Part shown: positions 8,950 through 18,605 of the stretch, in pieces
How the letters are laid out: every line of letters starts with the position of its first letter
How positions within the stretch are numbered: position 1 is the stretch's first letter
Origin: Candidatus Micrarchaeota archaeon
Lineage (GTDB): Archaea > Micrarchaeota > Micrarchaeia > Anstonellales > SKW190
Assembly (NCBI GenBank): GCA_026414265.1
Contig: JAOAJI010000001.1
Coordinates: 4,009 to 63,467, forward strand
Length of the DNA: 59,459 nt
Direction: 5' to 3'
Translations under genes and position numbers: made by a program
The notes under the pieces: model-generated
Told to the model about the DNA's origin: nothing
Seen by the model: only the letters and a program-made list of their open reading frames with translations
Database searches by the model: none

Positions 8950-9942
8950 ATGAATAGACAAGAACTCTACTCAATAACACTGATAACATTTGTTAGCATA
9001 ACTTCTATTTTCGTTAGCTATCAATTTTTTGCAATTAATCAAAATCTAAAAAGCACATCAAACAATGAAACGAGCAATTTTTCATATACAATTGTCACAA
9101 CTTCATTTCCAGTATATTCGATAACCAAGGAACTTGTAAAAGAAACAGGCATACAAGTTAAGTTACTGCTTAAACCAGGAATGAACGCACATTTCTATGA
9201 GCCCAAATTTTCAGACATTCGTATAGCAGATAAATCAAGGATTGTTATTACAACAAATAAATACTTCGAAATCTGGGCAGAAAAATTAGCACAGGCATTG
9301 GACAGAAATAAGGCCAAATCTTTTGATGCAAGTGCTTATGTTGAGATGCTGTGTGAAAAAAATGATGAAATTACTTATGATGTCAGTGAACAAAAGAACG
9401 AATGCAATTTAGATCCTCACGTATGGCTGTCTCCTAAAAACGGTTTGTTGATTGCTAAAGGAATAAGGGATTTGCTGAAAACCGAATTTCCATCATATTC
9501 GGAAAAAATTGAAATGAACTATCAAAGAATTCTTGCAGAACTGAAAAAAATAGACAGTAATTATGAAAATATCTTGGCAAATTGTGAAAACAAAAACGTC
9601 TTTGTTTATCATAAAGCCTTAGGTTACCTTGAAGCACATTATAACATAAAGCAAGTGCCTATTTTAAATAACTTTGTACCTGAAGGAGAACCGTCTACAG
9701 GTCATGTAGAACTTATCATCAAGCAACTCAAAAGAATTAACGCTTCCCATATACTCATGGAACCTTATCTGAATCAAAAGAGTATCGAATACTTGAAGGA
9801 TCATGGAATAACACCTTTGAGTTTTGATACAATGGAAGTCTACTATAAAGAAGATGTTGATAATAATATAACATATACTCAGAAACTTGAGTATAACCTG
9901 GTCCAGTTAACCAAAGCGTTGAAGTGTGTTAAAAATGAATAA
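8950..9942 (+). CDS. Metal (Zn/Mn) ABC transporter substrate-binding protein, ZnuA/TroA family
   Basis: N-terminal TM anchor, DPHVWLSP motif, and position first in a three-gene ABC operon. Confidence 0.8.
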   Translation: MNRQELYSITLITFVSITSIFVSYQFFAINQNLKSTSNNETSNFSYTIVTTSFPVYSITKELVKETGIQVKLLLKPGMNAHFYEPKFSDIRIADKSRIVITTNKYFEIWAEKLAQALDRNKAKSFDASAYVEMLCEKNDEITYDVSEQKNECNLDPHVWLSPKNGLLIAKGIRDLLKTEFPSYSEKIEMNYQRILAELKKIDSNYENILANCENKNVFVYHKALGYLEAHYNIKQVPILNNFVPEGEPSTGHVELIIKQLKRINASHILMEPYLNQKSIEYLKDHGITPLSFDTMEVYYKEDVDNNITYTQKLEYNLVQLTKALKCVKNE

Positions 9943-10714
9943 CAAAAATTATGAACTCATATTCGAAAATGTGTGGTTTTATTACGGAAACTATGCTGTG
10001 CTTGAAAACATATCCTTCAGAGTCAAGAAGGGAGAGTTTTTGGCAATACTTGGTCACAATGGAGCAGGTAAAACTACATTAATGAAGTTGGCTCTTGGCA
10101 TATTGAAGCCATCAAAGGGAAAAATAACATGGCTGTTCCATGACTCTGAAACTGTTGAACCACAAAAAAAAGAGGAAACAAAAGTTAATAACATTTGTAA
10201 GAAAATAAGTTATGTACAACAAAACCTGAGCGAAATAGAGTTCTCTTTTCCAGCTAATGTAGAAGAAGTTGTTTTGCTCGGAACATTCAACAACTCGTTA
10301 AATCAAAAACGGCTGTTAGATAACTTATTTTATTCCAAAGAGCACAGAAATTCTGTAGACAAGGTATTGAAACTACTTAAAATCGAAAATCTCAGAAAAA
10401 AATTGATAGGTGAATTGTCAACTGGACAACTGCAAAAAGTGTTCTTGGCGAAAGCCTTAGTGTCTGAGCCAGAAGTACTTTTCCTTGACGAGCCAACATC
10501 TGCCATGGATCTCCAAAGCCAAATAGAATTCTATAGTCTGCTAAAAAAACTTAACGAACAACAAAAAATAACGATTATCTTGATATCACATGATATCGGC
10601 CAAATCCTGAATTATGTAACTAGAGTAATTGTTCTAAACAAAAAAATAGTTTTTGAAGGTAATACGAATGAATTTGACGCTAACAGTTTCTTTAAATTGA
10701 CAGAAAAAATATGA
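9935..10714 (+). CDS. Metal ABC transporter ATP-binding protein (ZnuC-like)
   Basis: Walker A GHNGAGKTT, signature LSTGQLQ, Walker B VLFLDEPTSAMD, H-loop SHD. The ATG at 9935 overlaps the upstream stop. Confidence 0.9.
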   Translation: MNNKNYELIFENVWFYYGNYAVLENISFRVKKGEFLAILGHNGAGKTTLMKLALGILKPSKGKITWLFHDSETVEPQKKEETKVNNICKKISYVQQNLSEIEFSFPANVEEVVLLGTFNNSLNQKRLLDNLFYSKEHRNSVDKVLKLLKIENLRKKLIGELSTGQLQKVFLAKALVSEPEVLFLDEPTSAMDLQSQIEFYSLLKKLNEQQKITIILISHDIGQILNYVTRVIVLNKKIVFEGNTNEFDANSFFKLTEKI

Positions 10715-10732
10715 GAGAGGAACTGAGCGATT

Positions 10733-11542
10733 ATGCTAATCGAAATTTTGAATTATCCTTTTTTTCAAAGGGCTATTATAACAGGATTGCTTCTTTCTGT
10801 ATCTTGTGCAATTCTTGGCGTTTTCCTTATCCTAAGAAGAATGGCGCTGATAGGCGATGGAATAAGCCATATCGCATTCTCAGGAATTATTTTAGGACTT
10901 TTCCTTAACATCTATCCTTTTGAAATAGCAATCATTTTCACTCTGATATTTTCTATGTTAATTGTTGTAATAAAAGAAAAATTCAAGATTAAAAATGACG
11001 TTGCATTAGGGATAGTTTTTACCATTGCCATGGCTTTAGGAATCACGCTGTTAAGTGTATCTGAAAACATTAACATAGATATCCATTACTTTCTATTTGG
11101 CTCGATTATTTCGGTTACTCAAGAAGATGTCATTTATTCAATGATACTTTTTGCTATTGTAATCACATTTGTTTTATCTAACTATAAACAGTTGTTTTAC
11201 GTGTGCTTTGACGAAACCAATGCCATGATTTCAGGAATAAACGCAAAATTACTCAATATTCTTCTAGTTGCTTTAACAGCGATTCTGACTATAGTTTCAA
11301 TTAAAATTATAGGAGTGCTTTTAGTATCATCGTTCTTGATCATCCCTGCAGCTACTGCAATATTACTTTCAGATTCCTTCAGAAAAACATTGGTTTATTC
11401 TTCAGCATTTGCATCACTGGCAGTCATATCAGGGCTATTCCTTTCCTATTTGCTCGATGTATCCTCTGGCGGATTGATAGTTCTAATGTCTGGACTCTAT
11501 TTTTTGATAACTGGACTAGTAAAAAATTTTGTCAAAAATTAA
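10733..11542 (+). CDS. Metal ABC transporter permease (ABC-3/ZnuB family)
   Basis: 269-aa polytopic protein with the GDGISHIAFSG motif typical of ABC-3 permeases. Last gene of the operon. Confidence 0.85.
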   Translation: MLIEILNYPFFQRAIITGLLLSVSCAILGVFLILRRMALIGDGISHIAFSGIILGLFLNIYPFEIAIIFTLIFSMLIVVIKEKFKIKNDVALGIVFTIAMALGITLLSVSENINIDIHYFLFGSIISVTQEDVIYSMILFAIVITFVLSNYKQLFYVCFDETNAMISGINAKLLNILLVALTAILTIVSIKIIGVLLVSSFLIIPAATAILLSDSFRKTLVYSSAFASLAVISGLFLSYLLDVSSGGLIVLMSGLYFLITGLVKNFVKN

Positions 11543-11665
11543 ATATGAAAAGGTGCAGATGATGACAGAGGTGATCTCTGAATTGAATTGATGATTGATG
11601 AGCAGACTGATGCACCTGAAATAGTTAAAGGAAGGTTTATAAATGTTAATTTTATTTTTTTTAGC

Positions 11666-12172
11666 ATGGGATCACAAGAATCTGATTTGAATAAAATATA
11701 TGGAAGTAGTGAAACTGGAGCTTCTGGTATTCCAAGCAACTTAGCCAACCCATTTCTCAGAATAGTCGCTTTTGTAATAGACTCTATAATCTTAGGAGTT
11801 GTTGCTTTTTTGTTCTTAGTAGTATCTGGGTTCTCGATGGTCGCAGGAGGCGCTACTCTTTCTCCTCTAGCAGCGATTACACCTATCCTGTTTATGATTT
11901 TCGCTATTGCATACTTTCTTGTCACAGAAGGTATGATGTGGAGCGCTTCACCAGGTAAGAAAATCGTAGGAATAAAAATAGTGAAGGAAGATGGTAGTAA
12001 CCTTGACTTGGTAACTGCATTAATAAGGTTGGTTGTTAAAAGCATTCTTTTCGCTATACCTTTCGTGAATTTCCTGATACTTCTGGCAAGTCTGTTTTTC
12101 ATGTTCACAAGTCCAAAAAAACAAGCAATTCATGACATGATCGTAAAGACTTACGTAGTAGAAAACAAATAA
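11666..12172 (+). CDS. RDD-family membrane protein
   Basis: ANPFLRIVAFVIDSII, GKKIVGIKIV and KKQAIHDMIVKTYVV, the RDD-domain pattern. The ATG at 11666 is preferred to the ORF-track start. Confidence 0.7.
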   Translation: MGSQESDLNKIYGSSETGASGIPSNLANPFLRIVAFVIDSIILGVVAFLFLVVSGFSMVAGGATLSPLAAITPILFMIFAIAYFLVTEGMMWSASPGKKIVGIKIVKEDGSNLDLVTALIRLVVKSILFAIPFVNFLILLASLFFMFTSPKKQAIHDMIVKTYVVENK

Positions 12173-12195
12173 TTCTGCCCTCAAACGAGGATATT

Positions 12196-12780
12196 GTGCA
12201 AGCCATGCAAGGACAACCAGAATATCAGCAATATAATATTGACAACAATATAGGCAATTCAAATAACCAACAACCAGAAGATAATATCATAAACCAGAAT
12301 AACATACAGTATTTTTTTGCAAATCCAGTAAACAGAATCATAGCAGAGATTATAGATGAACTATTGGTAGTTACAGTTGCATTTATAGTTGGTTATACTT
12401 TATTTGCATTAGGTATAAATACAACTAACCTACCTAAAAAAGAGTTGGTCGATCTTGTAGCAGAGATTACATTTGTCATTATTGTGATATTTTTATTTGT
12501 TTACAGGACTGTATGCGAAGGGATTCTTTTTAGCGCCACAATAGGTAAGCTCCTGATGGGAATAAGGGTAGTTAATCACGAAGGGAAAAAGCTAGACCTA
12601 ATGACAGCTATCAAACGTAACCTGACAAAAACCTTACCTGAGTTCATAGGAATAAGTATTCTTTTCCATGTGTTAAACTTGATTTTGATCATAGCTACAT
12701 CAAAAAAACAAACTGTACAAGACATTGTTGCTAATACTTATGTAGTAGTTACTTACACTAGTATGCAAAAGTTCAGATAA
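12196..12780 (+). CDS. RDD-family membrane protein with an N/Q-rich N-terminus (tandem paralog)
   Basis: NRIIAEIIDELL, GKLLMGIRVV, KKQTVQDIVANTYVV. Same architecture as the upstream gene. Confidence 0.7.
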   Translation: MQAMQGQPEYQQYNIDNNIGNSNNQQPEDNIINQNNIQYFFANPVNRIIAEIIDELLVVTVAFIVGYTLFALGINTTNLPKKELVDLVAEITFVIIVIFLFVYRTVCEGILFSATIGKLLMGIRVVNHEGKKLDLMTAIKRNLTKTLPEFIGISILFHVLNLILIIATSKKQTVQDIVANTYVVVTYTSMQKFR

Positions 12781-12791
12781 CTAAATCTAAA

Positions 12792-13541
12792 TCATAATAA
12801 TACTATGTTTATGAGATTGCCTAAACCATAGCTGACTATTGCAGCAACCATTCCGATAACCATGAGCTCAAGCCCGTCTCTTACTATGCTCCTGTTATTA
12901 ATCCAAGCCTTGTATGCGCCTATCAGGAATAAAATCAAAGCAGTGAAAATGGATGAAATTAATCCCAAAACAATAGCACTTTCATGAAAAATGCCAAAAT
13001 ATTCTGCAATCAAAACAGGTAAAATAGGGACAAGTGAACCTAAAAAAGCTGATACCCCCACTATCATGGCATCATTGACAGCTTTGTTCGTTTCAGGCTC
13101 TCGCAATTCCAGCTCTTCGCGCATCATGAACTGAAGGAAGCGCTTTTGGTTCTTTGTTATGTGCTCTACTATTTGTTTTAGCAACTTGCCCCTGAAACCC
13201 TTTCTGTAGTAAACTTCGTAAACTTCTTTTTTCTCTTCTTCTGGATTTTTCGAAATTTCTTCTTCTTCCTTCTTCTTCTGAGAATAGTAATAATCAGAAG
13301 AGGCCTTCGAAGAGGTGTACGCGACTGCTGCCATGGAGATACTCTCTGCAAGTGCAGCTGCCAATCCTGAAATCAAAGCTATTTTGATACTGGTAGTAGC
13401 AGCCAATACGCCTAAAACTACTCCTAGTGTGTTAACTATCCCGTCCTGTGCACCCAAAATTATTTGTGAATATACAGAAGCTATTCCAGAATGCTCTTTC
13501 TCTATATGTTTTTCAAGGTCGAAGTACTTCTTCTTTACCAT
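12792..13541 (-). CDS. VIT1/CCC1-family iron/manganese transporter
   Basis: GAQDGIVNTLGVVLGV motif, acidic/basic cytosolic loop and C-terminal TM bundle. The ATG at 13541 is preferred. Confidence 0.75.
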   Translation of the reverse strand: MVKKKYFDLEKHIEKEHSGIASVYSQIILGAQDGIVNTLGVVLGVLAATTSIKIALISGLAAALAESISMAAVAYTSSKASSDYYYSQKKKEEEEISKNPEEEKKEVYEVYYRKGFRGKLLKQIVEHITKNQKRFLQFMMREELELREPETNKAVNDAMIVGVSAFLGSLVPILPVLIAEYFGIFHESAIVLGLISSIFTALILFLIGAYKAWINNRSIVRDGLELMVIGMVAAIVSYGLGNLINIVLL

Positions 13542-13573
13542 ATAAAATAAAATGTTTGACAGTGTATTTATAC

Positions 13574-14167
13574 ATGATGAATAGAGCTCTGATTGAGGAA
13601 CTGGAAATCGTGCTTTCACAACCACACTACAATCCTTTGTATGTCATTTTTTTCTTAATAATGTTCGTATTAGGATTCTATGCAACCTTCGCAAATTCAT
13701 TTACAGCTATCACTCTCTTACGTGCACAAAAATATGTTAGCTCAGGTAAAATACCTAAAATATTGGTTATGTCTATTGCTATTGCTTTGATTGTACCAGT
13801 ACTTACTGTATACCTTGGAACCATACTCAATGAACCTTATGCAATCGCCATAGGGTCTGTTTTTTTTGTACTGAGCTTACTAGGAGCATATCTAGGATCA
13901 AAAAGCAGACTTGACCTCTTAAGAGAATTAGGGTTCAGTACTGACGAATCAGCTAAGTATTCCTTTATACTAAACTTCCCTACAGGCACCTGGGAAAATG
14001 AATTAACATACTTCATAAATTATTCAATCAAAGTGATAATTTTCCTGCTGAAGCTCGGCGTAGTCGTTTTCGTTCTTCAGCAAATCTGGCCGTTTATCAA
14101 AAAGTTCATGTTCGCAATTTTAAGTATTGCCCTCTGGTTTTTAATCAAAGTTTACATGATCTACTGA
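13574..14167 (+). CDS. Hypothetical membrane protein
   Basis: Several TM helices and no motif. The ATG at 13574 avoids overlap with the divergent VIT1 gene. Confidence 0.5.
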   Translation: MMNRALIEELEIVLSQPHYNPLYVIFFLIMFVLGFYATFANSFTAITLLRAQKYVSSGKIPKILVMSIAIALIVPVLTVYLGTILNEPYAIAIGSVFFVLSLLGAYLGSKSRLDLLRELGFSTDESAKYSFILNFPTGTWENELTYFINYSIKVIIFLLKLGVVVFVLQQIWPFIKKFMFAILSIALWFLIKVYMIY

Positions 14168-14245
14168 ATCTCCAAATCCCTGAACAACTTGTAACAAATG
14201 GATCAGCAATAACCATTATTAAACACTTGAGTTGATTATTCTTGT

Positions 14246-14530
14246 ATGGAAAAAATGATAAGAAAAATACTGGCACAACCGTTTGAAATAGACGAAAACC
14301 AAAAACAGGCTGTTCTTAACAATTCAAAAGTTATGAAACTACTTGCCTGTGCAGGTGCAGGTAAAACGGAAACTCTGGCAAGAAAGGTCTGCTACTTGAT
14401 CCTTGTGGAAAACCTCGAACCTGAAGAGATTGTTGTGTTTACGTTTAACGTCAGGGCCGCAAAAGAAATAAAAAGAAGGATCTATGACAGAATGGCGTTG
14501 TACGATTTAAAGAAGTGCAGAGTTGGTTAA
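14246..14530 (+). pseudogene. N-terminal fragment (about 85 aa) of a UvrD/PcrA-type superfamily-1 helicase
   Basis: Q-motif-like QKQAV followed by Walker A ACAGAGKTETL and motif Ia VVFTFNVRAAKE. The reading frame then ends, with roughly 600 aa of helicase missing. Confidence 0.7.
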
Positions 14531-14982
14531 AAACTGTTAGCGATAAGTCACAGAAGCAATATATACATGCATTAAGATACTTCTGTGAATTTTGTAGGAA
14601 AACACCAAAACAGTTGATATTGGAAAGGGATAAAGAAATTCGAAATACAGATCCTAATTCGAGAACAAGAATAAGAGACTTGGTTCTTGACTTTAGAAAA
14701 TACTTGGAAAAAGAGGGTTATGCTCCTAAGAGTATAAACTGTTGGGATGGTGCAGTAAGAAGTTTCTTCACAGCAGTACTATGAAGAGCTGGGATGATCA
14801 ATGTAAAGAATTATAGTGAAAGTCAAATTGCAAAGAGAAAGGATTTGGTGCCTACTTTAGAAGAATTAAAGAAAATGTTAGATGTATCAAACTTAGAAGA
14901 AAAATTCAGAATAATCTTTATAGCACAAACTGGAATGAGAGTGTCAGATGCTCTTAAACTCAAAGTTAGAGAATTGAGCTGA
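14515..14982 (+). pseudogene. Decayed tyrosine recombinase/integrase in two pieces (14515-14784 and 14794-14982)
   Basis: SAM-like N-domain (QKQYIHALRYFCEF...YAPKSIN..GAVRSFF), then a stop, then the catalytic domain up to the first Arg box (TGMRVSDALKLKV). The remaining catalytic residues are missing. Confidence 0.7.
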
Positions 14983-15062
14983 TAATTGCATTAGAAAGAA
15001 TTTATCCTGGCTCAGAAGTAAGAAACAAAAAATAAAAAAAGGAGAGAACAATAATTTTTACT

Positions 15063-16715
15063 TTAGTCTAGGTCTGATCCGCTAGGCATTCCTCCCTGGT
15101 CACCGCCAGGCTTAGGAGTTGAGGACTTGCCTTTGGAAGCGATCAAGTCATCGATTCTTAGTATCATTTTGGCTGCTTCGTAAGCACTAGCAACTGCCTG
15201 TTTCTTTACCTTTGTAGGTTCTATGACACCCAAGTGCAGCATGTCATCGACTTTGCCTTCGTGTACATTGACTCCGTAGTGTTTCTTGCCTTCCTTGTGT
15301 TTTGCTCTTAGTTCAACAAGTACGTCTATTGCGTCCATGCCTGCGTTCTCAGCCAACGTCTTAGGTACTGATTCTAAGGCTTCTGCAAAAGCTTGTATCG
15401 CCAATTGCTCTCTACCACCTATTTTCCCTGCGTATTCGTTGAGCTTCAGAGCCACTTCGATTTCCACGCTACCTCCGCCTGTAACGAAGCTGCCTTCCTC
15501 TAATGCGCTTGCGATTGCTCCGATAGCATCCTTCAATGCCCTTTCAGTTTCGTTTACTACGTGCTCTGTTCCGCCTCTTATGAAAATTGTTACGCTCTTA
15601 GGGTCCTTACAGCCAGTCACAAATGTCATTGCTTCTCCAGCGACTTTCTTTTCTTCAACGTGTTCTGCATAACCCAAATCTTTGTCTGACAAGTCGTTTA
15701 AGTTTGATACAAGTCTTGCACCAGTTGCCCTAGCTAACTTGTCCATGTCGCTCTTCTTCACTCTTCTCAGAGCGACTATTCCTTCTTTTGCCAAGAAATG
15801 TTGAGCCAAATCATCTATGCCTTTTTGGCATATAACAACATTGGCCCCACTCTTTTTGACTTTATCAACCATTTCCTTCAACATTTTTTCTTCTTGTTCT
15901 AAGAAAGCACCCAATTGCTCAGGTGAAGTGATTTCAATTTTTGCATCAGTCTCTGTTTTTTCTATTTCTAAAGCACAGTCTAGCAATGCGATCTTGGCGT
16001 TTTTGACTGACTTAGGCATACCAGAATGAACGATCTCTTTGTCTATAACAATACCTTTAATAAGTTGCGTGTCTTCAGTTCTACCACCTTCTTTCTTTTC
16101 AAGTTTTATTAGTTCAGTATCAACGTTTATTTTACCGTTCTTAGTTTCTGCAACAGACCTAACTGCTTCAACAACCATCTTTGCTAATAGATCTTTTGCT
16201 TCTCCTACTCCAACAGTTTTAGAACCCATTGACACCATTGCTAATTTAACCAAAGTGTCTGTATCTTTCACGTCTACTTTGGATGATACATCTGATAATA
16301 TTTGTTGGGCTTTTTTAGCAGCAAGATCATAGCCTTTAATTATTGTGCTTGGATGTATGTTTTGGTCTAATAGGTCACCAGCCTTCTTTAACAGCATACC
16401 TGACAATAGTACTGCAGTTGTTGTACCATCGCCTACTTCTTTATCCTGTGTCTTTGCTATTTCCACCATCAATTTAGCCACAGGATGCTCTACGTGCATT
16501 TCTTCTAAAATCGTTGCTCCGTCGTTCGTTATGACTATGTCACCGAGCTCAGACACTAACATCTTGTCCATACCCTTTGGACCAAGAGTGCTTTTTATGG
16601 CCATTGCAACAGCCAAACCAACGGCTATGTTGGTCCTCTGTGCATCTCTACCCAAGATTCTTGTAGAGCCCTCAGGCAAAATTATATACTGCTGACCTTC
16701 CAAATTTTTAGTCAT
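15063..16715 (-). CDS. ths: Thermosome subunit (group II chaperonin)
   Basis: [36 protein letters not shown] and a C-terminal GGMP tail. The ATG at 16715 has GGGGTGA upstream. Confidence 0.95.
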   Translation of the reverse strand: MTKNLEGQQYIILPEGSTRILGRDAQRTNIAVGLAVAMAIKSTLGPKGMDKMLVSELGDIVITNDGATILEEMHVEHPVAKLMVEIAKTQDKEVGDGTTTAVLLSGMLLKKAGDLLDQNIHPSTIIKGYDLAAKKAQQILSDVSSKVDVKDTDTLVKLAMVSMGSKTVGVGEAKDLLAKMVVEAVRSVAETKNGKINVDTELIKLEKKEGGRTEDTQLIKGIVIDKEIVHSGMPKSVKNAKIALLDCALEIEKTETDAKIEITSPEQLGAFLEQEEKMLKEMVDKVKKSGANVVICQKGIDDLAQHFLAKEGIVALRRVKKSDMDKLARATGARLVSNLNDLSDKDLGYAEHVEEKKVAGEAMTFVTGCKDPKSVTIFIRGGTEHVVNETERALKDAIGAIASALEEGSFVTGGGSVEIEVALKLNEYAGKIGGREQLAIQAFAEALESVPKTLAENAGMDAIDVLVELRAKHKEGKKHYGVNVHEGKVDDMLHLGVIEPTKVKKQAVASAYEAAKMILRIDDLIASKGKSSTPKPGGDQGGMPSGSDLD

Positions 16716-16854
16716 ATAATTCACCCCTTCACTTATTAACATGATTAATAGATAATACCCAACCTAAAGTAATTGATGTAAATCAAAAAACCGTGAATTT
16801 TAGATGCAAATATATTACTAACAAAGAAAGCTTTTTAAAGGTTATATCAACAGT

Positions 16855-17301
16855 TTATCTCTTTTTTTCTTCTTTGGCTTTGAGATAATATTTAAGAAGT
16901 AAGTTTTCCGGATATTTAATTATTTGAATTTGGTCTTCTTCTATTGCTATGTCTCTAGCAGTTCTACCAAGATCGTCTTTAGCATTAATATCAGCTCCAC
17001 TTGTAATCAAGTACAAATACATGTTTAAGTCTCCTTTTCTTGCTGCTTCGTGAAGAAGAGTGGAATTCAAGTTTGTTGGATCTCTAGTATTAACATCATA
17101 ACCTGATTCAAGAATTTTATTCAATAACTCCATATTGGACTCACGAACAGCCTCAAACAATATCTTAACAATTTGCTCTTTTTCAGTACTGACATTCTTA
17201 TTTTCATAGTCGTTCAATGGATATTTGCCCTTGAAGTTTATTCTTTTAAGATTAGGATTGTTTTCTCTCTTTTTGTAGTTTTCCATTTTATCACCAACCA
17301 T
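16855..17301 (-). CDS. Small ankyrin-repeat protein (2-3 repeats)
   Basis: STLLHEAARKGDLNMYLYLITSGADINAKDDLGRTARDIA. Confidence 0.8.
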   Translation of the reverse strand: MVGDKMENYKKRENNPNLKRINFKGKYPLNDYENKNVSTEKEQIVKILFEAVRESNMELLNKILESGYDVNTRDPTNLNSTLLHEAARKGDLNMYLYLITSGADINAKDDLGRTARDIAIEEDQIQIIKYPENLLLKYYLKAKEEKKR

Positions 17302-17327
17302 GAATCAATGAAAAATTATTATAAAGG

Positions 17328-18572
17328 TTACTCATATTTCTTAAGTATTTCAATGACATGTTGATGATTTTTTCTTTCTGCTAATTCTAAAGCAGTTTTG
17401 CCTTGGTTATTTTTATTATTGATATTAGCCCCGTTATTCAAAAGCAGTTCAAGAACTCTAAGATTACCTATGGATGCTGCAACCATTAGAGGAGTGTTTC
17501 CATAAATATTCGGTTTGTCTATCAATGAGCCTCTTTTTAACAGTACCTTTGCAGTTTCAACGTTGTCAGAAAATGCGGCATAATGTAAAGGGATTTCTAG
17601 TTTCTTTGTTTCAGCGTTCACATTAAAGCAATAACTCAGTAAAAGATATACCATTTCAGCGTCAGCGTATTCAGCAGCATAGTGGATAGGTCTCTCTAAA
17701 CTTCTATTTGGTGTATCTACTTTGGCGCCATACTTCAATAATTTCTTTATCAGATTCTTTCTATTGAATTTAGCTGCGTAATGAACAGGAGTGTCGCCTT
17801 CTACGTCTTTCTTAAAGACATTTGCATTGTAAGACATCAACAGATCAATTAAATGCTCGTGGCCTTTAGCAACTGCTAAATGCAAAGGGGTTTTAGAGTT
17901 AATGTTTTCATAATTAACAGGAATGTACTTCAATAACAGTTCAACTGTTCTCAAGTGCCCGTTCAAAGTAGCAAGATGTAATGGCGTGTCTCCGTATTTG
18001 GCTTCTACTAACGGATCTGCATTGTTCATTAATAACACTTCAACTATTTTCGTATGACCATGAAGTGCAGCTAGATGCAATGGCGTTTCCAAATCCATAT
18101 TTTTGGCATTAGCTAAAGAGCTGTTCAAAGAAAGTAGATATTCGACTGTTTGAACGTTTCCAGAAATCGCTGCCAAATGTAAGGGAGTGTTCGATTTATG
18201 ATTTCTTACATTAACTGTAGCGCCTTTTTCAACAAGTAGTTTAACAACTTCGTACCTGCCTTGCCATGCAGCAAAATGTAACGGAGTCTCGTCATATCTG
18301 TTTCGTGCATTGACATTTGCGCCATGTTTTATCAACAACTCAACTGTTTCATAATTACTGTCTAAGGCAGCTATGTGTAACGGATACCTGTCAAACAAGG
18401 TATAAGAATTCACAGATATACCTGAATTAACGAAATTGATGATTCCTTCAACATCGTTATTCCTTATTGCAGATAAAAATTTAGCCTCAGTAAGAGGATC
18501 CAAAGAGCGAAATTTACTCTTATAATCTTGAGATTGAGAACTACGTTGATTTCTGAAGGATTCTTTTCTCAT
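17328..18572 (-). CDS. Ankyrin-repeat protein (about 11 repeats)
   Basis: Recurrent 33-aa units of the form TPLH.AA..G......LL..GA..N, for example TPLHFAAWQGRYEVVKLLVEKGATVN. Confidence 0.9.
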   Translation of the reverse strand: MRKESFRNQRSSQSQDYKSKFRSLDPLTEAKFLSAIRNNDVEGIINFVNSGISVNSYTLFDRYPLHIAALDSNYETVELLIKHGANVNARNRYDETPLHFAAWQGRYEVVKLLVEKGATVNVRNHKSNTPLHLAAISGNVQTVEYLLSLNSSLANAKNMDLETPLHLAALHGHTKIVEVLLMNNADPLVEAKYGDTPLHLATLNGHLRTVELLLKYIPVNYENINSKTPLHLAVAKGHEHLIDLLMSYNANVFKKDVEGDTPVHYAAKFNRKNLIKKLLKYGAKVDTPNRSLERPIHYAAEYADAEMVYLLLSYCFNVNAETKKLEIPLHYAAFSDNVETAKVLLKRGSLIDKPNIYGNTPLMVAASIGNLRVLELLLNNGANINNKNNQGKTALELAERKNHQHVIEILKKYE

Positions 18573-18605
18573 GCAGATTATTTTGTTATAAAAATAATAA
18601 AAATA

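Noticed and set aside
11539-12108. 189-aa minus-strand ORF
   Set aside because: It fully overlaps the RDD-family gene on the plus strand, which has recognisable motifs. It has no motif of its own and shows shadow-frame composition.
15286-16695. Four plus-strand ORFs (128, 70, 97 and 116 aa) inside the thermosome locus
   Set aside because: They are antisense to a motif-confirmed thermosome gene, and their translations are low-complexity Ser/Ala/Pro/Thr strings typical of the shadow frame.
16855-18572. Ankyrin genes as possible eukaryotic contamination or misassembly
   Set aside because: They have the same strand, spacing and AT-rich composition as the flanking archaeal genes, and they sit between the thermosome gene and the AAA/vWA genes without any visible break.
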